Shown here: positions 24,701 through 36,200 of the stretch, piece after piece
Position numbering within the stretch: the stretch's first letter is position 1
Layout: each line of letters starts with the position of its first letter
Origin: Phoronis australis
Lineage: Eukaryota; Animalia; Phoronida
DNA length: 64,000 bases
Assembly (NCBI GenBank): GCA_002633005.1
Contig: NMRA01000530.1
Location: forward strand, 131,829-195,828
Direction: 5' to 3'
The notes under the pieces: model-generated
Seen by the model: only the letters and a program-made list of their open reading frames with translations
The model's database searches: none
What the model was told of the DNA's origin: nothing
Program-made: the position numbers and the translations under genes

Positions 24701-27003
24701 GCAAAGGGGATGTTTACCTGGAGGATTTTTTTGAAGGTATAATTGAATTTAATTCATTCCATTGAATCTCTAGATCTTAAGCTAACTTAATTTTTGTAAA
24801 TTGTAGTACAAGATTTGTGGCAAACAGATTTGGTTTATTTCCTAGTGGACATATGGACCTATTTGTCCCATTTATTAATTGCCTAGCATTCAACCCCAAG
24901 TCCATTTTATGTTTAGCCTGTGAAATTTGCACAATGCATCATGAGTCTATAGATTAATAATTTCATGTCACAAATATTACCAAAGTCAAAGAGTTTCAAT
25001 GACATGTTGTGAACATGCCCTTTAAATGAGGTTCCTTCTGCACAACTGATTTTGTCTAAATTTTTTCAAGCTCAGCTTCTATTGTGAGTCAGTGATGCAT
25101 GACATAACTGATCAGCCATGCTGGAAACTACTTTCTAATGAATAGCTTAAGGCTTGGTTTCTTATTGACAAAATGTTATTACTTGACCAATTTTGAAAAC
25201 TCAAGAACCCACATATTAGTCAAATTTTGATTCCTCTATTCAGATTTTATGGTTTCCATCATTTTTCATTGCCCAAAAAGAAAATGGAAAAACAGAGCGG
25301 GGATGCTTTCAAGCCTTTTACTTAGTTATGATCTGATACTTAACATCAGTTACCTTCATTATGTCACCTAGTGAATAGAGTTTTTCTATCGATGACCTGC
25401 CCCTGGCCATAAGGCCCTTTCATAGTGACTTAACTTCAGTCTCAGTGGAGCATCAACTTTAAGTGCGAAGTTAACTGAAATGCTCATATGGACTTTGGTA
25501 GTTAATGGACATCGAAGTAAACTGTAGGGGATGTTGTAATCGCAAGAAAGCGTTTATATATCGCGTGCACGCTAAGATCTTTTTTAATGTGACAATTTAA
25601 GAACATTTTCATGCTAATTGACATAAAACTTATTTCTACTTCAACTGGTGGTTATTCAAATATAAGCAACTCTTAGCGATGGGGCAGAAGTTGACCATTG
25701 ACCCTCGTGTGAAAGTTTAAAAAGTTGTTTTTCTTGATATTAATCAAATCTCGTGCATACTGTTGTAAAAAATCTTCCATATTCATTCAATTATTCCAGA
25801 AAGTTCTGTCCACATGCAGTGTGTCTGTGTGAACTAAAATTTCCTCAAAATCAGGCTTATGGAGCAAGTTCGTGAACATTTACTAGGCCAAAAATACCAG
25901 AGGTGATCTGTTTTTTTCGAAAATATGAAAATTTTGTAATCCATATTTTTAAAATGAGAAACTCTCCAAAGGTAATTATTTCAATAAAATGTAACAACTA
26001 TGAATATTCTTTTTACAAAAGAGTTACATGGTGCCAGCTAAAATGGATCCGAATACTTTCCCCAGCATCACCTGTTGCCACCTTTAATGAGTCGGGGTCC
26101 TTCTTTCCACGAACTGAAATTGTTTGCAATCCTTTTTTACCCAGCGCCACCTGATGCCAGCTTTGAATTTTAGGTTTCAAAATGAGTCGGGCATATACTA
26201 GGCGTGCACTCGGTGGACCTAGTTGCTTGTCGAGAAAAGCAAGAACTCGCAAGATTTTCGGAGGCATTGCCGTGTATTACAAGCGAAGCACGTAATCTTA
26301 ATTTAGCTTTGCTGTGAGATTGTTGCAACTACTAATGCTATCCAGAAACAATGTTATGCTATTTTGTTGGCCTAATACAATGTTAGTCCTAGTATGGTAA
26401 ATTGTTGTTTGGTTATATAGCTTCATGCTACAAACCATGCAAAAGTAAAGTGAATTTTTCTGAAAAGTTATTTTTGTTGAGAAATTTGACAAAATGAAAT
26501 TTCACCTGTCCACCATATTGTGACCCAAACTGAAGAATGTTTACTGTACTAGTAGTACCTTTTAGTTTATTTAATATTCACTGAAATTGATTTCGATTCA
26601 TCGTTCCGTGATCAACAAAATAATGTTTCATGAAAATTCCATTGATTCCCACATCCCAAACTTATCGTTCTTCATTTTAGGAGGTAGAAAAACACTGTGT
26701 AATTGACCTAGTTTTTTATTAGTGATTCGCGCGGCAGCAGTGTGGCAAGCGGTTCACAGATGCGCAGCATTTCGGGTAAATACGGCGGAATCAGATAGCG
26801 GGCTCAGTAGAATTGTGATAAGTAGCTATTGGTCTCTTTGCTGATAAACGTTTTTCTCCATTTCAGATCATTTCATGGAGAAACAGGTAGATACTATCAA
26901 ACAGGTTGGAGATTACATCACCTCTCTAAAGAATGTTGGTGGTTCTGGCACTCTGGGCGAGTTCTTGTTTGACAAGGAGGAACTTCAAGAGTCATTGAAG
27001 TAG
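21728..27003 (+). CDS. Cytosolic (soma-type) ferritin subunit, 175 aa, with substituted ferroxidase ligands
   Basis: Exons 21728-21919, 24538-24736 and 26867-27003 (GT-AG, phases 0 and 1). Translation [30 protein letters not shown]...QNKRGGRI...[10 protein letters not shown]...[11 protein letters not shown] is classic ferritin. There is no signal peptide, and AATAAA is at 27474. Confidence 0.96.
22060..22790 (+). mobile_element. 3' relic of a CR1/L2-group LINE in ferritin intron 1
   Basis: [27 protein letters not shown] peptide (22147-22220). It ends with AATAAA and a short GACTT tandem tail. Confidence 0.7.
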
Positions 27004-29889
27004 ATGGACGTGCGCATGGCTTCTTAAGAACAGGTTCTTGAGTGTCGAGGTGTCTAGTGATAACTGCACAATGATTAGTTTTGTTGGAATGTATTGCAGC
27101 GTACAAAATCTAGCAGTGAAATTTGGGCTCCTGAATTAATCTAATGATGAATACTAAACTTAGATGTGAGCTTAAACAACATGACCAATCCGCAGTCAGG
27201 AGATTGTCTGACTTACATTAATCAAAAGCCCGATAATTGAAATATTAAAAATTCTAGTTAGCTTGAAAATGTTGTTACAGATTGTTGATAATTGCTTATT
27301 GCTAGTATATTTTTGCTTCAGAATTTATGTTTGCCCTAATCTGCGAATCGTATTCAAAGGGGATCCCATCCATTTCATTGTTGTTTTTGCCATAATGCAA
27401 ATCAGTGGTTATTTTTGTTGTATTTCAATTTTATTCATTGTTTCCATGCCCCCCTACTGTTACGCGTGTATTTAATAAAGTGATGATGTCTAGCAGTTGA
27501 CATGACAGTCTTGAAATGCACAATTACTGGCTGATTGAGATGGAACAACAATGACCAGCTGAGAATGCAGGAAGTTGACAGTTACATCTACTATGTCATC
27601 TCACTAAGGTCAATAGATGAGAAAATAATTATGTAAACATGTCTTAAGCTAACTGCTGAATTGTAATTTTGATAAAAGTAACACCAAAATGTTGGCTTCC
27701 CCTGTATATTCCATCAATCTCTTAAGTTAAGGCGCACAAAAATGACTTCAGAGATTTAGTTTTTTATTGGAAAACAATTCCATGACTGAACAGTTGCCAC
27801 AAGAAACTCAATTCCTTAACACACACCATGAAGTGCTACAAATTTATGCTGCACAATTGAACGAACTCAATACAAGGTACTTTTAGTGTCTTTGCCATTC
27901 AGCAGACGGACCTCCTCTATGACTATTGGTTAACTCAGGTGTTCTTGTAAGATGCATGTAAGCAGCTTATGTTTGTTTGGCATTGTCATTATCTGGATTT
28001 TTTTAGGTAATCGTTCCTCATTTTACATCTGCTTGACACACAGGAGTTATCGGTGTAGGGGTTTATGGGTCAATTCTAGTGGGCAATGTTCTGTTACTTG
28101 TTGAAATAGATATAGTGAATCAAATCCAAACTTCTGGGGTAAAGGTATTTTATTGAAAATGTGACTGGGTACTCTGTGTGTTTTGCATGTTGTTTTAATT
28201 CCTTTAAGTTCTCAAATCGACAAGTGTCTACTCAGATACCCAGTGGAGTCACTTGAAGGTATTGTATCGAGTTGGAACAGATTAAGAATACACTCAACTT
28301 ATGGAGAGATTTTCATGTAGCAGCCGTGTGACTAATCAGGTGGAATGGGTACTGGTGGCCTCAAAAAGACGAGGCAATTCCATTTCTGTTAAAAATGCCT
28401 CAAATCTAATTGCATACGCAGTAAATGTTTTCACAGAGGTAAATGTGTTCGCCTATGCCACTTGCTGGGAAGAAGTACGTTGTGGTACAGCCAGGTGGCC
28501 ATAAGATTCACTAGTCCCATGTGATCAGTCACCATTGCTTCTGGAGTCTCCTGTTGTGTTGAGATCTGTGGTTTTGCTTGTGTTCATTTCCTCGGGACCA
28601 GTGTCGTGTAATATTTCAACGGAATGCTACAGATTGTAGGCATCTTCATTTTAGGTTTGTATAAAAATCATCGACGTATGGTAAAATTTCATCAGTTTAG
28701 GACATGATGTGGCAGACAAGTGACAATTTTTCTCTTTTTTTTGTAAAATATCAGTAGCATCAAATCGGCGCTTTATAATTTTCAGGTTCTGTACCATAGC
28801 TATTACACAATTTTCAAATATTGTAGACATTCACAACAATGAGAGAAGCATTTGGAAAATGAAAAATGACTATTTTGGCTATTATTCAAGTCTGAAATTG
28901 GTGAGATTTTGTCGAGTCATTAGTTGTCTCAAGTTTTGGAAACTTACGATGTCATCTGGTCCAAGTAGAATTGCAAAAAAACAAAGTTACCAGTTGCAAA
29001 CATTTTAAGTCTTGTCAGCACGCCATCTATTGGCCACATGTGGCTTAAAGACAAAATGTTTGCAACATATGTTCCACGCCATATTAAGATTGAAATATTC
29101 ACACACAAATTTACTAGTGTTTGCAATACTGTGATAAGAGTTGATGTTGCGCTAGATACTGTAAACAAAATGCACAATGTCGGGAATGATTTCAAACTTG
29201 ACAACAATGTGAATCACTGGTGGTGACCCAAATTTCTATTGGAAAAGATCAGCTGTTTTTGTTGTCAGTTAGTGCCATATTTGTGCAATAGCATGGGCAG
29301 GTTTGACTGAATGCAATAGCATTACCCAGTTATGAAAATAATGAGGACGTTTGCTGACTCAGCAGTAGAGAGTAAGTAAACAGTCCTATTTGTCATGTAA
29401 TGGGGTTGCTTTTAAGGTATTAATTACTGGTATCAGAAACGGGGAGTAAAGCTTGTAAACTTGTGATTTCGGCTTTTTATGATGTCAGTGATCTGATTGG
29501 ATTATGAAAACCTTACATTGAGATATGCATGTATATCGCACATAGTCTTTTGACGCACATGACTAGTTCTCTTCATATTATATTGTCATGTGTTTTACCA
29601 TTTGACATTAGAATTATATTCTTTACACAAAGCTGCTATTGTACTTCTTTATATTTTCTGTTGCTGCCTTATTTTTGGAAACATTTTATTAGCACCGTAT
29701 CTGCATGTTTGTTGTCAGAAATAAAATTTCTGTTTATTCACCAGATGTGTCCCGATTGAATTTTTAATATTACATACGTCACATACACAGTCGTACACTG
29801 TATAGTAATAATAACAGGACTATGATCTATTGCATTTTCCATGGGGGAATTTTGTTTGTTAGCAAGTACAGACAGCGACTTTGATTAGT

Positions 29890-30230
29890 CCCAAGATTTG
29901 CCTCAAATGTAACCTGGTGTTACCAAGGCTCGGTGTTTTGATTGGTTAACAGACACCATCTGAAACTGTGTCAATAATTTGCCATATACGCACATAGTCC
30001 TTGGCAATTTACTGATAGTTGATGCGCACTCTGAGCTATGGAGTGAGTTGAAAACCTGGTCGTAGCTAAGGTGGTCGTAGCCGCGTTTCAAAATTTGTGA
30101 CACTACATTATTGAGGACATAGCGTCGGAGGTATTACGTTGAAAATTTGTCATATGACTGCCTTCAGGAACAGCATTAATGAATTGTGCAAACCAAATCG
30201 AAGTTACAACTAGTATTAGACTCGCAAATT
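29890..30230 (-). mobile_element. Possible Penelope-like retroelement relic
   Basis: Weak peptide resemblance only (SHMTNF..R, SQILKRGY) to the PLE RT-GIY-YIG linker; the frames are broken. Confidence 0.3.
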
Positions 30231-33203
30231 TTATGATAAAACAGAACCCTAGTCGTGTGTCAATACGGCTGAAACGGTAGTCTAGCTCACAAACCGTATG
30301 TTAATCATAAAGTAAAACAATAAGCTAATTGTCCATTTACATGCCACTACAATTGCCCAAGTAATCACTGGTGAAAATGGTCGGACTTTGCTCACACACC
30401 AACACTAAATTGTGGATTATTTTGTTCAGTTCTCGGTACCAATGCTCGCTTAACCCCAGACACCGAGCTTTCTAGATTGGTCTCGTGACACGAAAAACAT
30501 TAAATATGTAAAATGCCACATTCACCCATTTTTCACTAAAAGGCGCATGTGCCAAAGTTTCATTACCTTGAAGGGCAAAAATTGCATCAGAAAAAAACTT
30601 GTGAGTTCAAAATTTAAGGTAAAGTTTTACTGGAATCCAAAACAATAAAAACAACCAATGTGTTTACATTGAAAAATTAGTATTTTCAGAGTAGAACCCT
30701 GCAAAATACTTTTTAGAATAACTATATAACAATAAATTTGATTATTTTTCATTACTTAACAATTCATAAACAAGAAATAAATCAACCAATTTCCACTCTC
30801 CAGTATGACGATAGCACAAGTCAACACCTACCTCACGTTGCTTAGCCACCATCTCTGAATTATCAACTAAAATTCAGTGACACTGGACCTCAATTGACCA
30901 ATGACTAATTACGGTCTGCCATACAGATTTACAGATAAAGTGACATCAAATAGCCATCACATAGCTTCACACTGAGCAACAATTTCTAAACAGCAGTAAT
31001 ATAATAAACACCAAGCTAGACAAAGGAAAATGCATTCAGAAGTCATTCTATATACAACAAAGTTAACATGATTACACTGAAAGTCCACAAAGACTGGTCC
31101 TATCTAGTATAAAAATGTGAGGAATATTTATACAAAACCCAAAGGGCCATGCATCAGTTGTGAAACAGCAAATCAATATTCCAGGCAATGGTTAACATGT
31201 TCCAAATAAATGAAGTGAAGAACAATTTAGTCTAGCTCCCACAGATTCAAGCATTACTTTATAACACTTTTTAATAATGATCACAAATTTGTGTACTTTT
31301 AAGAACACCGACAACATTGGATGCTGATGAAGGGAAACTCGAAAAATCATTAGATGTCGCTAGTGAAGCCACAGCCCTTGCCTCAGAAATGCCTGCATTG
31401 AGGCAATCGCATGGGTTCGTCCATTGTTACACAAACACCAATGCTGCTGAGTTGCTTTCAGCTGTCAATCTATTCAGATGCCAAATAGTAACCTTTATTC
31501 ATCAGCGCCACCTAGTGAATATGGAGTCACCCACTGAATCAAGACACTACTCAACATCAGTTATGCCTACATTCGCTTCACTCAAATGAGATTTAAATAT
31601 TTTTAAGAAATTGTGTAAGGCATATAATCAAATTTCTGAATTTAATATTGAAGTCAATTTTCATGAAACAAACTCCAGGAGGTGGCAAGACACGAAACAG
31701 TCAACTGTGTTTCAACGACATCACAACTACATAACAAAAAAAACACTGAATGATCAACCCAGATGGCGCATCTACATTGTTTCGTACTGCACTGTGACAG
31801 CCACCAAAGATTTCAGGCTCTATGGAAAATGATCAATAGCTGCCAGTAGTTTTCTTCCATTGCGTCTTTACATATACATGCAAATGGCAATCCCCAGATG
31901 TCACAAGGAAAGGTCCCCAACCTCGATGTTAAACAGGTAAATGTTCCTGACAGAAATAAAAATGGCGCCATTGTTTTTTGTGATTATGTCAATGGGGCAC
32001 TCGGTTCCGATGCACCCTTCTTGATCCACGTACAGTTTAGTTAAGTTCACATTAGTCAATCCTTTTTCCTCACAAACCATTACTGTTTTCTGGAGAACAG
32101 CAGCAGTCTTGTCTCGCCACTGTGCACAAGAAAACAACACTGTTTGTGAGTACATCCATGAGGTTCATGGGGAAGGAAGACAGGCTAGCATGTAGCTGGT
32201 TTTCTGAACTGAAATATAGGATCTGCTCACCCAATTAAATGTAAAAGATTACCTTCATCAACAAATAGTGACTTTCTTAAATAGTTTTCAAGTATAAATA
32301 CACAGTAGTAGACTCATACAACTGCCTTTTTCAAGCCTTTGATATTCACAGAATCTTATTTTGTGCACAGAAGCAATGCCAGATGTGACTCCGAGCCCCT
32401 TAGCGACAGGTTTGTAATCAGGTTGTTGCATTCTCCTAAAAAATTGTGATGTTTCACAGAGATAGTCATATTTTCCAATAACAGAAAGTTTTTGCCTGAA
32501 ACTTGCAAGTGATGTTTCTTTATTCTACTAGCCACAGAAGCATGTCTGGGATTTTCTGTTAAAGCCTTTCAGCCAAGAGATGTTTTTTTCAAAAAATGTT
32601 AATTTCTGACAATAGACTTCTAAGGCAAAAAGGCCTTTCACAGAAAGTCCTACATACCATGTACCTGTCTGGCTTACTGACTAACTAAAAACAAAATTCG
32701 AAAGTTTCATGCAGAAAAATAAGTTTGTGGAAATGATGGTGATTTCTGACTTTTTTCAAAAACCTCAGTCATAATGCATATTATTTTAGTGCACATTGAC
32801 TCTAAGATGAACAGGGAGTTGAAAATATATAGTTTTATAGGTCTACTGTTACTACTTAAAAATATATTCAAGAATTTTAATTATTGTTCACAAGTTGGGT
32901 TGGCCCGTTGCCTTTAACAGACTATACCAGGTTACTACAGCAACAGAACATAATATATTCTTGCTACGTTGACTTGTAGCCTTAACAACATCAAAGGTAT
33001 TCCTTAGGGTGGATTTTCTTTCAATATATCATGGAAAATATAATCAGAAAAAAATGACATTATCTGGCCTTAATAAGTTGCACAAAATGGACAAAGACCT
33101 TGAAATATTTAAAGTTTGAGGGGTACCAAGTACAAAACAGAGAATACAATATTTGCACCTAAAAGTTGCATTACAAATATGTTCATGATGTTGATGGATT
33201 TGT

Positions 33204-36200
33204 TCATGGCTTCAACGTCGTCGTACTTGTTGGCAAAGGTTTATCGGAGCGTGTGCAAGGCCAGTCAAGGCCACCGCAGGCCGCCGAGACAATGAAGTAC
33301 AGCACTACCTAGTGGAAGAAAAACAAAATGGAGTCAAACACATCTTGTACAAATGGCCTAGCACTTGGAAACCAACATCCATAAGATGTGACATCTTGAA
33401 TGAATACTAGTAATTTTAGGAATGAGTCCATTTCTACAATTTTGTAATACTAAGCAAAATGAATCCTTCAAAGAACTCTGTGAAGATATTAATATTCTTC
33501 CAAACCTGTGACTTTTATTTTTCAAGTCAACAGTTTTGTACAGCTTTGATGACATTCAAAACACAAATTGTCCCACATTGCTGATGTTGGCCAATAGTGA
33601 ATCAAATATTTAACAAATCAACAATATTGATACTCGTCAAGGCTGTATGATAAGCCCTCTGGTATTTGTTTTACATCTTAATGTCTTTTAGAAAAACTCA
33701 ATTCACGTAGCAGCATGTACTTAAGGCTGTTCCAGTAAAATCTGTATCGGGGGGGGGGGGGGGNGGCACTTTTTATTCGCACCCACCACCCATATTTTTC
33801 ATTTATTTCTTCAGCCCACCACCTGTAATTTTTTATAATTTTGAAATGCAACCACCTGTAATTTTTTTGTTGTTCTTGTGGTTGACTGCACAGGCACTTG
33901 AGTTTATCTGTTCCTCGATAACCACTGACGTTATTCATTACTAAGAAAACATAATGTTTCTTATATATGGTTATTAGCCATCGAGAAATTCGAGTGCCTG
34001 TGGTTGACTGGTGTTATGGGCATGCCAATGAGGAGATCGGAGGGAGTGAAAAAGATGGAGCTTTTTGAAAGTTGCGTTAATTGTTTTAGTTGTTGATTCT
34101 GTGCGGATTGTTTATAAAACTTTTTACCCACCATCAAACATTTATGACACAATGAAACAACAACCTGTAAATTTTTATTTTTTTGAAGTATGACCACCAG
34201 CCATTTTAAATTTAAATCAAACACAACCACCCATAAATTTTCATTGCAACTGCGTTCCCCCCTCCCTCCCACACAGATTTTTCTGGAACAGCGCTTAGAT
34301 GAGCATGCTACTACATGCAGATGACATGGTTTTGTGCTCTCTAACAGCGTCTAACTTGCAACGTATGTTGAATTATCTCAATGAATATTGTGATTCATAG
34401 GGTATGGCTGTGAGTTTAAAGAAAACCAAAATAATTGTATTTAGAAATGGAGGTCCTTTAAGACCAATGAGAAATGTTTTTTTAACAAACAGCAAGTTGA
34501 TGCTGTATCTCATTATAAATATCACCTTAATTGCCATGGTCGAAAGCGACAGAAACTCTCTCTTGTTAAGCAAATAAAGCTGCATCACGTGTTTTGAAAC
34601 TGCAGCGCAAATGTCGCAATATGCCCGCATCACTTGCCTTTCAGTTATTTGATAAACTGGTGTACCCAACATTGTGTTATGATGACGAGATTTGGCGTTT
34701 TGAAGAATACAAGTGTTTAGAAAAAATTCATTTAAAATTCTGTAAACAGACCCTGGGAGTAGGCGGTTCTTGCTCTAACGCTGCAGTATTGGATGAATGT
34801 GGCAGATACCCTATGTTTACAAGATACTTTGTTAGAAAATAATGGTTTAAAATTTTGAATGTGCCACAAGGGCTGCTTACAACATGTAGCAAAGACTAGA
34901 TGAAAATGGTAGACATATCACGATAATTGGGCAAGCTCAGTCTGCAATTTATTGTCAATATATGGTTTCTATCGATAATGTTTGGGAAAACTAAGAAGTC
35001 ACCCGTCACGAGCCGTTTGTAAATATTTTCTCACAACGTGTTAAGGAATGTGCTTTGCATGATGTCGGATTCCAATCCTAAGTTAAACTATTACAAAAAA
35101 TTTTAAGGTTGTATTTGAACATGAAAACTATTTAGAAATTGATAATCTTGCAAGAGTGTCCGCTCAAAGTTTTACACGTTTTCGACGTGCAAACCACAGA
35201 CTGGCAGTAGAAACTGGTCATCACATAAATGATATATCAAGACAGAGTGTGTATATTCTGATTGAGGAATTGTGTCGAGGATGAATCTCACTTTTTGTAA
35301 GTTTGTAATGCTTTTTTCCAAAATCAGAGCTAAGTTTCTTAGTGAGAGCCTCTGGACAAATCTCTCTTTGTTTAAACTTTATAGACTGTTATTTAATCCC
35401 CATACCTCAGTTGTGAAATATGATAATTGCATACTACACATCTAAAAAACGGAACAGCTTGCGTATTGCTGGCTAGTGTGCATAGCACTCCAATGATCTG
35501 GTTTGTATGTTTGTTGCACTTTGGGCTGATGGTCATGTGTACAAATAAATAAAGGAAAGGAAAATCATTAACACAGAAAAATCAAGAACCCCAACTGAGA
35601 ATCGAACTACAGGTCTCCAGATTGCTGGTTAAGCGCTATCACCACTGAGCTCCTGATGACCCGGTATCTGTGCAGTTAGTACGAATAGTGTTTGCAGCCA
35701 ACTGTTATGTCATCCATCCCATGAGCGGCATTACGCCTTTTTCACACCAGACTTGGACAATTAATAATCAGCAATTTACCAGTATGAGTTAATTAGCTAT
35801 TCTACATACAGATGCTGATGTTGGCCAATAGTGATTGCCAGCAATCTAGAGACCTGTGGTTTGTTTCCCAGTTGGAGTTTCTGATTTTTCTGGGTTATTA
35901 AGTTGACTTACATACGTTTTGTATTGTTTAGAGAGACATTGTAAACTGGTTGGTGACCACACGAATGCATTTAGTAGACACAAGACAGTTCCGAGTAAAC
36001 TTGGTGTGATCACGTACTGTGCTTATAACACACAGTAACATCTCGCAAAGACTAGGGTGATCTCATATATTTGAACATCTTCTGTCTACACAATACAGCC
36101 CAGTTACAAGACTAGTGAGAGAAGAAAGACCCATGATACCATTTGACCGACACATGAGTGCACTTCAACTTAGATGCGAAATATTTTGATAAGCAAACTG

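Noticed and set aside
31324-31350. Hammerhead-ribozyme-like CTGATGAAGGGAAACTCGAAA
   Set aside because: The core boxes are present, but there is no convincing stem III, NUH site or stem I pairing. It is likely chance or decayed.
27750-32250. Additional gene between ferritin and VAMP7
   Set aside because: Only short ORFs with no recognisable domain or consistent splice chain. Probably UTR and TE debris.
35588-35655. Functional tRNA gene
   Set aside because: A and B boxes are present, but the anticodon arm and acceptor stem are imperfect and the context is repetitive. Treated as SINE-derived.
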